Positions 1 through 14,116 are shown, numbered from the stretch's first letter. The stretch: DNA of 64,000 nt from Lytechinus pictus (GCF_037042905.1 NC_087248.1:6386001-6450000), one strand, 5' to 3'. Made by a program: numbers and translations. Notes: generated by a model not told the origin, from the letters alone.

Positions 1-1006
1 TCAACGTCAGAATCACCCACCAAATCGACGAAGCCATGAAGAAGTAGTACTGGAACAGGAACACGATGGTACATCCGGTGCTGTCAAGACCCTCTTGGAT
101 CAAGTATGGAACGCCGCTTGACGTCTTCTCACAAGCAACGGCCTGTGGGCCAACAATAAGTCGAACAATGTATGTGATGGAATAGATGTTGTAGCACATA
201 GATAAGAAGATGATAGGTCTTTCTGGGTACTTGAAACGACCACGATCTATCAGAAAAGTGAGGACGGTGATGGAAGTGCAGACGAAACAGAGGATTGCCC
301 AGACACCCATCCACATCTCTGTAAATTCCTTGTCGGATCGTTGGAAATAGACGTCGACGTCGCACCTCGGCGCACAGGAGTTCGTTTGCGACACGAAGAC
401 AAATTTCTTAGGATTGATGCAAGTCGGCGGTGCCAATGACGTCTCATTCGATCCCCTCTCACCATCTCCAGGCGGACCAGATTGGTTGTTATCATCAGGC
501 CCCCCTCCGTTGTTATAGATGGGATCGTAGGTCGGAATGACTTCTCCGACATCAGCGGTGTCGGGGGCAACCATGCACAGGTCTTTCCCTCGAGGAAGCT
601 TGTCGCAGTTCATACTCTCGGGCCAGCCGAAACTAAAACGGGCCATCACTGGCTCGCATTTCCTTCTCACATCTTCACACATACTCTGGCAAGATGGGAT
701 CCGGACATCGATGTGCTCCGAGCACATAGGGGCGTACATCGAGCAGAGGAAAAGACGAAGATGCTCGGCGCAACCGACGACGACCAGGGGACGGAACTCG
801 TGGATGCTCGGCGCTGCTTCACTCTGCGTCACATGTCCAAATAGGTTGGGCATCTTGGTCATATTATACCCAATGCCTTGACAGAAATCAATGGTTATCC
901 TCTCACAATGTCCCTGTTTCTTCGCGTGATGCACTCCGAGTCCATAGCTGCCACTACACCAACCCCACAACATAAAAATGGAAAGGATGATATTCCACGT
1001 TGCCAT
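1..1006 (-). CDS. FZD9/10: Frizzled-9/10-like Wnt receptor, 5' part (intronless here, continues beyond window start)
   Basis: Manual translation from ATG at 1006: signal peptide MATWNIILSIFMLWGWCSG; CRD HCERITIDFCQGIGYNMTKMPNLFGH...LFLCSMYAPMC...SCQSMC...FGWPESMNCDKLP; TM region RFKYPERPIIFLSMCY and PYLIQEGLDSTGCTIVFLFQYYFFMASSIWWVILTL. The frame is the same at both ends of the interval. The IQEGL(D/E)STGCT signature favours the FZD9/10 subfamily over FZD4. Confidence 0.93.
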   Translation of the reverse strand, partial: MATWNIILSIFMLWGWCSGSYGLGVHHAKKQGHCERITIDFCQGIGYNMTKMPNLFGHVTQSEAAPSIHEFRPLVVVGCAEHLRLFLCSMYAPMCSEHIDVRIPSCQSMCEDVRRKCEPVMARFSFGWPESMNCDKLPRGKDLCMVAPDTADVGEVIPTYDPIYNNGGGPDDNNQSGPPGDGERGSNETSLAPPTCINPKKFVFVSQTNSCAPRCDVDVYFQRSDKEFTEMWMGVWAILCFVCTSITVLTFLIDRGRFKYPERPIIFLSMCYNIYSITYIVRLIVGPQAVACEKTSSGVPYLIQEGLDSTGCTIVFLFQYYFFMASSIWWVILTL

Positions 1007-1499
1007 GACAACCGATTAATTTCCACATCAGAACATCAAATATCTTCCCTAAGACATCCAAACTATTCTCCAAGTAACGTGAGATGACATTTAATTGTTT
1101 ATAATCAATCCCAGTTCATTCACCGCTATGATAAGTTACTTGGAGCTCATTTCACATTCCTTGGTATAGACTATGAAACTACAAACTCCAGTCTCATGTC
1201 TGCTTTACGTTTCCTCAAATTGGGGTTTCACCCTCGATGTTTTCTACACGCCACTCGGCGTATCACTTTACAGTTGATCCCGCTCCTATTTCACACGTGT
1301 TCCTTGTTACAAGGTCTCGACGCTCACAAATCCTGGCAGGCATCAGTTGGAATCCTCCCTCCTCCTTCTTTTCCTCCCACTGCACGCAATATTTAGTGGA
1401 GTCTGGAGTTTGAGAGGTAGAAGGGAAAAACTTGAAAATTTGTTTTAGCGCCGTTTGCTGATCACACGTCTGTCCGGTTTGCTTGTTGCGCACACACTG

Positions 1500-2200
1500 A
1501 TCGAATGGAGAGAGATGAATGAAGACCGTCAGCTTTTTTTTATCCAGCGTAATCCGCTCAAGCATACAACAAACTCATTCAAACGAGAACATCTATAGCC
1601 ACCGACTTCAATGAAAATGTAAACGATACGGATAAACCGTTAACCATGAGCTTTTTACACAAGTTTAGCTCTTGTTCGATCGAGATGCTCTCTCAAGTGA
1701 TCTCATCTCGATAAACGTTGCGAATATAGTTCAATATCACTCCAGTCGGTAAATGATACAAGTCGATAATAGTTTATATACTCCTCAAAAGTGCGTTGCC
1801 TCTTGAGAGGGGAAGGTAGATAAGAAAATAATATCGGACAGTGGATGCACAATCGAGCATTCCCGGTGAATGGTTTTCTACCATCCAACTGCGTCGCGTA
1901 GAACTCCAATTCAGACTGAAAACAGGCAGGGAAGATGCATTATAACGGTGAATATCATATACCAGCTCTGTTAGTAATAAATAAGAAGGTTACAAACATA
2001 AGAGCCTCGGTGGGGTTGGCGAGCTTGCAGGGAAACAGTGTAGCCAATAAACGACCGACCAATGACAGAGCTCTTCGCCCTCTTCTCCCGGGTAGAATAT
2101 TAACTCGCTCCGCACAGCTGGGGTCGTGCATCAACGTGCATTACGGGAGAGGTCACCGGCGGTAATAAAAAAAATGTATGGAGCGGGCGAGCTCTGGAGA
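1500..2200. promoter_or_regulatory. Probable Frizzled-9/10 promoter region
   Basis: Repeat-free, CpG-richer sequence directly upstream of the Fz 5' UTR, with two CCAAT motifs at ~2044 and ~2059. The TSS cannot be determined. Confidence 0.4.
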
Positions 2201-5078
2201 TCTGTGGAAGTTATTACAGTATTCACCAGAAATCCTGAGGGGGTTTCCTCTCACTCTTTCTCTTTTCTTCTTTCATTTCTTTCCCATTCTCTTTCTTTCT
2301 TTTTCATTTGTCTTTAAAAGATTGTCGATGGGCTAAAGGAGGCTGATGGGATGTTGATTGTGAGGAATTTATTTAAACAAAATTTAAAATCTTTACAGAT
2401 CGAGTCAAACGTCGGACGTAGAACAAGATGTTCATGATTATTGAGAACCATATTAATCATGTCATGTAAAATTATTTTTAATTTGATATTCAGAAGTTAC
2501 AATTTGTTGAATCTGATATTCATTTAAAAAGGGATTGATAATTCATTTGTATCCATGTCTGTTGACTCAATTTCCCTACTTATAAGAAAACATCTCGTCA
2601 CCTCTCAACCCAACCCCTCTCTCATATGTCTATTGATTCCCTATATATCCTAACCCAACAATCGATAGATCTCGTTACCCCAGGCTCGTTCCATCTACCT
2701 CCACCCCCTCTGCCCGCTTCCCCTCCTCCCTCCCTCCCTCTCTCCTCATGGTATCCATCTTCTGAACAGAGGGGGCGTTGAATCACAGACCACGATGACA
2801 CGTCGTCTTGGTACTTTCCTCTGAGTGGACATTCCATGGGATTTACTTGTAATATTATACAGACCTCTTGTCATGTTGAGAGTCCGAACGATTCTAAAGT
2901 TAGACCAGACCATCATGCCTCTTGGGTCCGCTCCTTCTACTCCCAACTCCCTGGTTCTGGCATGGAGTAGGATCCGGTATGATTCTGCTAAGAAGGTAGA
3001 GCAGCAGGGGGAAAAGTCAAATACCCCCTCCCCCTGTTTACACGCACCATGTAATAGGTCCATGCACGCACACACCTCCAACTGATGAACAAATGGAAAG
3101 ACAACGGCAGAAATAAGAGTTGAAATAAGGAGGAGACTACGATGACTGGAAAATTCAACATTTGTCCAATCTTTTCAAGCATGTGGTGTCCGCAATCATG
3201 CGCCATAATTATGATTGATTGATTTATTTTTTTTATTAATAAAAAAACTCGTTCCCGATTACCTTGACATGTAATATTTGAATCCACTGTATTTGAGAAG
3301 ACAGTCATCTGTCAACATATACCCATGAAACAACTATACATGTATGCATATTTTCTGCTTCGCCATCTATTACGGTTACCTATTTTCGATTGAGGATGAC
3401 GATTTGTATCTCGATCTCACCATGGAGTTAACTCCTTGATGATCACCTAAGAGTGATTACCAGAGATGATGACAATAAGCATAGAGCTATAGCTCTATGT
3501 AATAAGCGTCCTTTGCAATTATATTCTTTACATAATTAGAAAGTACAACCATGCGTAATAATCATGGCGAGATGAAGAAGATGGAACGAAGAGGAGATAA
3601 AGACATCATGGTGTCGAAAATTGAATGAAAGACATTTGACATGTTTGATTATACATGAAAGGTTATGCGAGTAAAGATACAAATTAGACCTAGATCAGTC
3701 GGGACTAGAGTGAGATGGAAATACTATTAGTTTTTTGTTTGTTTGTTTAAAGTTCTGTCAACGAAAGAGACAGGATTGAAGGAAATTGAAATTGGAAAGA
3801 AGGTAGAGGGAAGGAAATGTAATATTTTAGAGGAGATGTAAGGCATGTATGACGTTTTGATGTAGAGTACAAAACTCTGATGAATTCTAGAATCAGCAGG
3901 ATAGACAAAATGAAAATTCGTGTCGATTTGTGATCACCCTCACGACCACTTTTTTATATCTTTATCTAAAACTTTAGTGAGTTTGTTTCACATTTTCGTT
4001 TCTTCTGTACTCAACTCTTTTAGATCCAGTCTACCATAACCTATTCAGAAGACAATATCGATCTCCTATCCAATAGATTTATCATCAATACGGTAGTATT
4101 AAGCACTATCTGGTTAGATTTTCCTGCTAAATGTCCCAATTTAAGACTCCATGTACCGCATCCTCCCCGAACACAACACCTTAATTAAAATTCCTTTGTC
4201 GTGCAGCCAGAAGACGGTGAATGAGACGAAGGCTTAAAAGCCATTTCTATGGGATGAATAGGAGGAGGAAGATGAGCTTGTTAAAGTGATACCCCGACAC
4301 GAAGAAACAGACTTTGTCCTGGCTATAGCCATTCACAATGGACAGGGAAAGCTTTATTTTGAAAGGAGGTTTGTTAAAGGAGAGCCAATCTGACCCTGAG
4401 CGGAAAAATATAATAGGGGGAGAAAAGAACCCCAAAGAAAATATCTAATCCTGTGTAAGGATGCTTGTTGGTAGGTATATATAATAGCATACATGTATAC
4501 ACTATTCGGCATCTCGACAACGATTGAAAGTTGTTTCATTTTCGGGACACAACATGAGTATGAATCACTTATCCGCCCCCCCCCCCCCGCGAAAAGAGGG
4601 GAAAATGTATACACATGAAGTTTATAAGGCATGTATATTACTTTGATCAAGCACCCAAATATTGTGAACAAAATGTACATGGAAATTGAATAATTTATGT
4701 ATTATATAGCCGAGTCGAGCCCCGTCACACTTAATCAATTTAGTAAACCCTTGCGCTCGTCATAATACTTTATCAACAAAACAATGATAAAACGTATAAC
4801 AACTATTGGTAATTTCAATTTCAGCAATAATAGTTTAAGTTTATGATTGAGCCTTTCCGACTCCCTGCATCCGCCACTTTTTCTTTTAATTTCTTTTATC
4901 TTTCTTCTATTTTCTCATTGTTTATAATTATTGTTATCTAATTTCTGTTACTTTTATTTGTTGCATCGTTGTGTATAATTTATTTTTAGAGGATTTTTGA
5001 TAAATGACTTAATTTATTATTGAAAAATGTTGTGATGCCAATTGCATTCCTGTAAATTTGAACCCTTCACTATTAAAA

Positions 5079-5410
5079 ACAACGCTGTTTAATATGTGAA
5101 TCATACAGTGGATGTTTAAACAGTTTAAACAAGTGTTTAAAATCTTAAACAACCATACTTAAATGATTGAATAATGAATATTTGAATTTAAACTTTGTTG
5201 TTTAAGATTTTAAACACTTGTTTAAAATGTAACAACTACTGTGCGATTCACGTAGTAAACAGCGTTGTTTAAATTATTTTCAACAGTGTTGGAACGGTTA
5301 TTTTGGGATACAGGAATGGATGTTGAAAGTTTCCATTTATCATGTTTATGTTGATTTTAAACTTTGTTATTTAATATTTTAAACACTTGTTTAAACTGTT
5401 TAAACAACTA
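5079..5410. repeat. AT-rich palindromic (MITE-like) repeat with a partial third arm
   Basis: aacaacgctgttt...aaacaagtgtttaaaatcttaaacaac is mirrored by gttgtttaagattttaaacacttgttt...aaacagcgttgttt; part of the arm recurs at ~5355-5410. Confidence 0.65.
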
Positions 5411-7485
5411 CTTCCATGTAATCTGGAAGACTAAAAAAGACTATTAGACTCTGGTATAATTAACCTCTTCATATTTACAAGCGATAGGGCACACTGGCGG
5501 CCATCTTCATTCCCCTTTTCGGCAATTATCATGCCTCGAAATTGTAAGACTGCTCTGTCTTCCTTGTTTCGTTCTCTTGTCACTGCCCGAGTAAATCTGA
5601 AAATTGACTTCGACGTATAACAGTTTCAATAGCGCTATCATTTTCATTCTCAAAGGAAAGCCACTGGGACAGTTCATGAATAGGGGCTGGAAACTGCAGA
5701 GTATCATTATGTGGGTCGAAGATAATAGGATGTCTTTTTTGTTGCTTTTAGAAGGCGCTGTTTTTGTCGGACAATGAATAAGAAAGAAAAGCGATACTAT
5801 CGACCGTATAGGTAAACCACAAGAAAAGACATGAAATACTATACAGGGGGTACTGCTACCTATATAGATGGAAAGACGAAAGACTAGTCTCGATAAATCG
5901 TTATAATGTTGTTAAACTATTGGCAACAATTTTTGTTATTTAGATGTGTGCATAGAGTGGGCAGGGGGCGCTTAGTGTTAATGAAAGTGTAAAGGGGGGG
6001 TCGGGGGCAGTTGGATGGCGATTGTACATTTTTCTATAAACTTTTTTCTCAAAATGGGCGGGAGAGGGATGACGCCCCAAGTCATTGGTATTATTCCCAA
6101 CAATACACGAGACATTATATAGGGCTACATTTATATATATTTACCCCCTCTCTAAAAAAAATTATATGGTTATTATGCATCATTTTACGATCTTTCTCAT
6201 TCTTTATCATCAAAACAAAGCTTGGCACAGTGATGACAATTTATATGAAAATTGGTGGTTATCTGCCCCCTGTATAAAAAGTTCCTGAAAATAAAATCAG
6301 GACAGACTTTGAGGTAAAGGCACTTGGAGAGAGAACTTAGCATGGGAAAGATATTTTTTTCCACCACTCGTCATATCATTTTTCCTTTTAAATTTTTTTA
6401 ACGCGAAACGGTAAATTCTTACATTTTCAGACCGACATGGAAAGCAATACCAGACTACCAGGAGTCCCAACTTCCTAGTAATACTGTTCTTTATTTCAGA
6501 AAATTTAGAGCAGATATACCTAAGTTTAATCTGTTTAACCAATATCACATACAAAGTAACTAAAACAAAACATTAATGGTAAAGACCAAATGGAAGTCGA
6601 GATTGTTGAAATTCGCCTTTTCACGTAAAAAAATAGTGGAGACAAAACAAAAATCAAGCACTTCCACTACAACCATGGACCAAGTCACCTAATACTACCC
6701 ACTCCCTAATAAGTACATTACTTATTTATTTACTAATTTCATTTCAATATAAAGAGATATTGATGTTGAAAAGTCATTAGAAACACTCTCTGAAAAGGTT
6801 TAAAGACGTTGGAATAGATTTTTACTGATTTTAGACATCTTTGTATTGTATTTTTTTATGTGAAAAGACATGCTGGCCGATTGATATGAACACACGGGGC
6901 AAATAAAAAATAATATTTGATATTTGGTAGACCGTAGACATGGTAGATCAACAATATATAGGACCTACACATAAATCTTGAGGTAGATGATTGTGTTGGC
7001 ATAGTCCTACTGTGATGTATTTAAAAAACGATATCTGGGAAGTGTTCTATTCTCAAAACCGTTCTTAGAAAGGGAATATATATGATAAAGCGGCATAAGT
7101 AAATAATAATGCATCAAATACAAACTTCAGAAAGTGTTTCGAAAAGTTCCGCAGCAGTTAGGCCTACTGTTTACGGATTGTTCTACACTTTATTCATTCA
7201 AAGCTGTTCCGAAGAGAAATACATTGTTAAATATAATACCTAAAATCTATGTGTGCTTCGTACCAACCGATAATACCCCCCCCCCCCGCACATGCACTCT
7301 CACAAACTTGCAATTTCACTCTTATCAACATTATGATTATAACTGTCTCATTTGTCTTATTCCCTATCTACTTTTTTGGTTATATTCCTGTGCAATAAAA
7401 GATAAGTCTTTTTATTGCACCGTTTGTCAGGTTTTCTTTCCCCTTTCCTTTCGAGGCCTCCGTCAACTTCAAGCTCGAAGCTTAA

Positions 7486-8069
7486 AGGAGAATGAAACCC
7501 TTGAAACCAGCTGAATCCATATCAAAGAGAAAAATCAAAGAAACATATTGTTGAAAGTTTGAGGAAGATTGAATGAATAATAAGAAAGTTATGAGCATTT
7601 TAATATTGAGATCACTAATGCCATGTAGATCCTCCTATTGGCAATGCGACCAAGATCTGTGATGTCACACACGTACAACTCCCTCATTACTTTAGTATTT
7701 ATTTCACTTATATTCTCACTTTTATAGAGTCTATCACAAGGTGAGGTGTTCTCTTTATGAGAGGACAAGTACAGAGGTTTCACAACATTATATAATTGAT
7801 GAATCGTTTGTCATATGGTTAGAATGAGCAAAACAAGATATTTTGGGGTATATTTTCAGTGTCCAAAAGGGGAGAGTTGTTCATCTGTGACATCATAGAT
7901 CTTGGTCGCATTGCCAATGGGAGGATCTCCATAGCATTAGTGATCTCGACATTCAAATGCTCATAACTCTTCTATTGCTAGTCCTATTTTACTCAAACTT
8001 TTGTTGATCTTATTCTTTGATTTTTCTGCTTTCACAAAAGCTAACTTGCTCCAAGAGTTTCATTCTCCT
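7486..8069. mobile_element. TTAA-flanked Kolobok-type MITE (584 bp)
   Basis: ttaa|AGGAGAATGAAAC...GTTTCATTCTCCT|ttaa with long internal inverted repeats; a near-identical inverted copy lies at 49417-50000. Confidence 0.85.
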
Positions 8070-10271
8070 TTAAGATGGAGGTCTCCCACATTTCAAAGTG
8101 TATTATGTCGATATACGTTGAGTCTATATATTTTTTATGCTATTCGTTTTAATAAAAACAAAAAGACAGAAATAAATCAGGTATAATTATATTTCAATTA
8201 GAATGCTAAAATGTATGTATGCATATGTTATTTCTTTGTCATTTGCTTATTGTAATGTTAAACTGAGAAAAAAATGATTACACTTGTATATACTTTTGTT
8301 ATTGGAATGTGGAAATAAATCGATTCAAATCAATGATTTGGGCGAGGTGGGACAGGCCAGACAAAAAAAAAATAACTCAAACAAAACTCAAGAGGGCACT
8401 CTTTTGGATATCGAAAAGCGGGTATTGGTTCCACAAATCTTCAGCGATTGGTTCTGTGGCCTACATGGTTTTGCATACTCGAAACAACCCAATATTGGTT
8501 AAGTTAAAAATTACTCGTTAAAAGAGTCAGCTGGGTGTATATGCTATTTTAGTCATATTTGATCCCTTACTAGTCAAATTTGAATATTATATATTCTAAA
8601 TAATGTCACTACAATGCCTATTGACCTATGCACCTGCCATGTTCCTCTTTTCATTTTCATTTGCACCTCCCTTCTCTCCATCCCTCTTTCCTTTGCCACC
8701 CCTTTTCTCTCTTATTATAATTTTATAATTACGATTTTAAATTTATCATATCTATTACTATTATCATATTTATCTAAATTAATTTCTATTTTTGTTGTCG
8801 CTTATTCGCTTTATTTTTGGTACGTTGTAGATTACTTATTTTAAGCTCGTTTTCCGTCCGTCTCTTGTAACTAAGTTTAGGGACTTGCCTTTATACAAGC
8901 TCTGCTTTTCTTGGCAAGTCAGTTCAGTTAATTTATCTCCAATATTTTTTATGAAATGTCATTGAATTGTATATATTATTCTCAACATGTACTTGTACTG
9001 TTACTTCGATTATATTATTTTGTTGAACGGAAATAAATAAACCTAAATCTAAATGTGACGAAAGCACAGTAATTTCTGAATATAACAAAACATATCACTT
9101 GCACACAGCTGAATACTATCAAATTTAAACTAGTTTGCATACAGTTTCCCATAAAAGGCACAGTCAAAGTGCAGGGTGGCACTGGGACAGGGGCCGATCA
9201 TGCCCCAGAAAAAAATAGGATAAATTTTATTTGCGATTTGTTAAATCTTCATTTTCAATGTGACCAGATTTGGCTCTTGTATAATCCAACAAAACTTACT
9301 AGCAACTACCCAGTTCTAAATTATATCATGAAAATAGGGTTGCTCGATTTGGGTTCTTTGCCTTGATTCTCTCCAAAAATAATGCACCATGCACAGCTTT
9401 TTATTCGTATCTGTGGTTTATAATCACCGTCTTTTTTTCAAAATTGTTCTACTTTTTAACTATTTCACATTTCCGCAAAATGTGTATTCTTCAGACCTAA
9501 TATTGAACTGTAAAATATAAACAGTTGTACTAAGCTTTTATAAAACTGTTTTTATTTTGCAGTTCAATATTAAATCCTCAAATCAGGTATTTCATCCGAC
9601 TATAGCATATACTTCATGATTTGATTTTTTTCAAAAAAAAATAAAAAACCCTTTAAAATTTATATTAGGTGAGCGACCTTGATTCGCCAGAGAATAAAGA
9701 TTGTGATAAAAAATATCTCACTTTCCCTCGCTCATCATTCACAAACGGCATGTTGGGAAGTTTGAGGAGTTTTCATGAGGTTCTGCAGATTTTTTAGAAT
9801 AATTTCAGAACTAGGGGGATTATCTTTTTTTTCCACAGAATCTTTTTTTTTTAATAAATCAACATAAATACATATTAAGAAAATGGAATGATAATTACCA
9901 ATATATCATGGGAATATGCCTACCAAACATAGTTTGACTCAGGCGGATCCAGATTGATTGATTTTATTTGCCAAGTCACCAAAACATAATCATTGATTTT
10001 TATACAATAGAAATAATTCAGTAGGCTCGAAAAGGATAACCCGCGAAAGCTCGAAAACTTATTTCTATGTGACACACGCCATGTGTAGGATAATAAGAAT
10101 TATAAAGGTAAAATCTTACTACACGATTAATAACCAGGAATTACAATTCATAATAAATAACTAAGATATCGGTCAAAACGCTGTATAAAATCCTTCACAA
10201 CGCTGTTTACCATACAGTGAAAGCAATGGTAGACGTGAGGTCGCAAAGTTGGACCTCATCCATCGTCATGA

Positions 10272-10420
10272 CAGGGCCCGCGGAAACGGGGGGGGGGTGG
10301 GAGCTGCGGGGGCTTCAACCCCCGCACTTTTTTTTCCAAAACCGACGGTGCAAAAACGTAAAAATGACCATCAAATTATGATTTTTTTTTTTGCATGGTC
10401 AGCCCCCCCCCCCCTTGAAA
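10272..10420. mobile_element. hAT-like MITE fragment (CAGGG(G/C)CCGCGG end)
   Basis: Same terminus and internal sequence (caaaaacgtaaaaatgaccat...gcatggtcagcccccc) as the complete copy at 19316-19477. Confidence 0.6.
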
Positions 10421-13071
10421 ACCGAGGAGAGAAAAAAAAGAAGAAGAAGAAATAGACAAGAAGGATCACTAAGATGTGTGCTCAACCATTCGTAATAGGT
10501 CCATGGCTCAACAAACTAAAATGAAAAACTCACCACAAATTATTTCAGCATCCATAAAATTAGCATTTCATGCAACAGGCAGGGCACACGATTGACGACA
10601 CTTGCATGCAGCAATACCGTACCGGCGACCGAAGTTAGCACAGACGTACGATTGCGACTATACTATTAAATTTCGGACTTCGGACTGAGAATTGGAGTCA
10701 AAAGAAAAATAAATAAATTCAGGTATGTTCATGTCAATGTGAATATTTTGTATTGTACATTAAAAAGGAATGTCTAAAATGATTTATTAGTTGGTGTGCT
10801 TGCCCTACTCACAATGATGTAATCCTAATTTTTAAACATTAATTGGCCTAGATCTAATTCTTGTAATGTTCTCTTCGGTCCCATACGTTGTAAATTGTGT
10901 GAGTTGCATTGTGCGGATAAGTATCACGGTTTCACGGTTGGTATGTTGAAAAGCTCCAGCTGGAACATCACTCAACTTGGAGGAAATAGAGGTCGGCTAG
11001 AGAAGACCATCCTAGTCAAGCTGGAGACTTATCAATTTGTGATTAAATCATAAGGGACAACTCGGCCGGAACGCAACTGGTACGGGTCGAGTTGTCGCAC
11101 TTGTTTCGCCTTTTTTTTTGGTGTCAATTTAGTCTTTATCAATAATCAATATGTCGATATTTCTTGCAATGATTTTCATGACATGAGATGTGGTCGCATG
11201 CAGCATGGTCATGGGTAGACAGGAATAACCGTCGTTTCTGGGGATTTTTTCAACAATTTCTGACATTTTACTAATATAATCCCCATTCACCGACGGCGAC
11301 GGTAGTGTGTTACTCTTAGTGCGAGCCTGCATGTGTAATCTGGTCGGCAATTCGGAGGACGGGTTTTGTCCAGATTTTAATTTCTTTTAGATTCTAAATG
11401 ACATATCTTGAACGCGAAGGCCCACTATTTTCGTTAGACTCTAATCTTTGTTTTGATACTATATAAGTATATGTAAGTTCTATAAGTATAAAATATCGAA
11501 AATATATGTTACCGATGAGTTATTCCCCGGGTTATTCCTTATTTTTTTAATTTTCTGCCGGAGAGGAAAAAATGGCAGCCGTCAACGAGTTGTGCTTTTA
11601 TCAAGGCTTTCCAAACAAATTTTCGATATCCTGGCCAATCAATGCGAGCGACAAGTTCCGTACGCACGCACATCTACAAGCGCAAAGCAGCGGCACAAAT
11701 TGCGATATATAGCGACTGGTAAATACGTCTGTAAGGATGATGACGTCATCAAAGATGGCAACTTACATTGACCAACGAAAGGATCGAAGATGACGATGTT
11801 TCGATCATCATTTGAAACGAATTAGCGGTAACTGCGGGCTAAGGTACGATATTTCTGAATTTTAAACATTTTTTCGTTAATATGGATGTGATTTTTTTTC
11901 ATAATGTGACATTTTATGTACAAAAAAACGATCGGAAAATCGGGTTTCCGCCGAATGTTAGATCTAACGTTACTGCTAATACGTTGTCTGTATGTACGGG
12001 CCTCCAAGCTCTTCAGTCTATGTATTGGTGAGTGAGCCAACGCAGTTCAGCGGAACAACCAAAATACAGAGACTGAAGCTTTTGGTCTAGGCCATGGGAA
12101 CATTATTTACATGATGTGCATGTCATCACAGGCATGAAAAAGGCAAAACGTGATTGACAATGACATTGTCAGTTGTCACATTATTGGTCGGATTTGGAAT
12201 GTCATTGCAATCTATGACTACATGTAGATCCACTGACAACTTGTTAAATAAGTTGAAATAATTCTGTGAAACTTACCGGACGATTTAAAGTCCCTTTTCC
12301 CACTTATTTAGCTTTGTGTGCATATAATTTTTTTTCTAGATGTTGATGAAGGTCACGTCAGATTAGTCAGGACTCGGGAGGCTCCTAACTTAGAGATTAA
12401 TGTCATTCCACTGATGTGCTTAATCTCCATGGAGTCACTTCATGTACACACACCGTTGTTATTCCCACGATTGAATCTCCCCAAAATCCCAACTTCTCTT
12501 TAAGATTTCTAGCCCTAACTCAAATGTAAATGGGCTACAACTTAAATCCCTCCGCTTTGGAAATAATGAACTACTTTTTCTAGGAAAATTAATATCAAAA
12601 TTAAGAAAATTCATGAAAAATCATATGAGAAGATGAGCAGTTACAGATGTTATTGTCGCCATCTTTGTTATCTAGCTACAAGACCCGTATAGAGGGCGAC
12701 AACATCATGAGCAGTGCTAGATAAATATTGAAATAATTTTATGCTATATTATGTACTTTTTGGGGGAAAAGTTATGTTTTTATGTTTTTTTTTCACATAA
12801 AAAAAAATGTTTCACATTGTCATAGAAGAGAAATTTGGCAGTTTAATTTCATTTGTAATCATTTGAAAAATATTTGTAATCTCATTGATATTGATATATT
12901 TATTTGTTTGATTGTTTATTGATATTTATTGATATACATGCAAAGAATCTTTATTTATATGAATTGTGATTGTCAACTTATTGATTTGAAAGAGGAAGAA
13001 AATAACATATTATTCAAAAAAAAAAAATAAATAAATAAAAAAATCTTTAAAAAATAAAAAAATAAAAGTAC

Positions 13072-13190
13072 TTGCATCGGCCGATAAATTTCATGAATCT
13101 CGCCTCGATGCTAAAATATCCTGCACGCTAAACCAGTTGAAGCAGGATTTAGCATTGAGGTGAGATTCATGATATTTATCGGCCAATGCA
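13072..13190. repeat. ~120-bp hairpin repeat, followed by a HINE 3' end fragment (~13195-13242)
   Basis: tgcatcggccgataaatttcatgaatctcgcctcgatgctaaa is mirrored by tttagcattgaggtgagattcatgatatttatcggccaatgca. It is followed by gcaggcaagactgccagaggcgttcc, the same end seen at ~17971-18003. Confidence 0.65.
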
Positions 13191-14116
13191 CTATATCGAA
13201 TCGTGTAATGCAGGCAAGACTGCCAGAGGCGTTCCAATTGTTTTTCCTTTGTTTTATTTTTCTTTAATATATTTCTTTTGTTTTCTTTTTGTTAATTTTC
13301 TGTTATGAGCATATCATAGTTCACTTACTTTACCGTTATATCTATGTGTGTGTCTGTATGTAGATCAAAGGAAAAAGTCCACATATGGGAACAATGCAAT
13401 TCATTTATTTTTCTCTTTCAATCATTTCATATTTACAATGATGTAGTGCAATATTTTACCACATACAACATATAAATTGCACAATAACAACAACAAGCTC
13501 TACATACAAGATGTACAAACTGAAAATTAGTGGTCGTGGCTGCAAAATCAATACTTAAGAAGTTTAATTTATTTTTATCCAGGGACTCAGTTTTAAGGGG
13601 AGTGAGAGTAATCACTCACTACCGCTCTCCTTAATCCATTTTTGGTAGAGCCATTTATCACTCGCCTCAGCAATTGCTTAACAAGAGTGTCGGTCAATGA
13701 TCAAGCCATTAATTAGAGTCAACGTACTTGAAAACCTCATTCTTTGTCAAGGTTTTGTAAATAACACACAATTACATTGTAAGCAATAACACACTTGCAA
13801 GAATAAAGAGTTCAATGGGATAAATGTTGCATAGATCTGTATCTGATTGTAGGTTGTAACTTAGTGTGCGTTCCTCCATCCATTTTGAAATTGGACAAGA
13901 GAGCTCCCCTTGTATGTCAAAGAAGAGCTTTTTGTAGTGCTTGTAGGAGAGCTTTTTATTGCTCCCCTCATAATTATAAAACCGAGTCCCTGTTTATCCA
14001 TTTTTGTTTTGTCTCGCCTGCATACATGTAGCAGAGCGAGACTATAGGCGCCGCTTTTCTGACGGGGGGGGGGGGGGGTCGTCAACATTGAAATCTTAAC
14101 CAAAGTTTAAGTCTTT

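Noticed and set aside
30-50. YYFFMASS in place of YYFGMASS in Frizzled TM3
   Set aside because: This position varies among Frizzled paralogues (G/S/T), so it is not informative.
129-1087. Several short ORFs listed in the track over the first kilobase
   Set aside because: They are shadow frames of the Frizzled CDS, which the track omits because its stop codon is outside the window.
2746-3081. 111-aa minus-strand ORF upstream of Frizzled
   Set aside because: No recognisable motif or splice support; consistent with chance in a GC-richer block.
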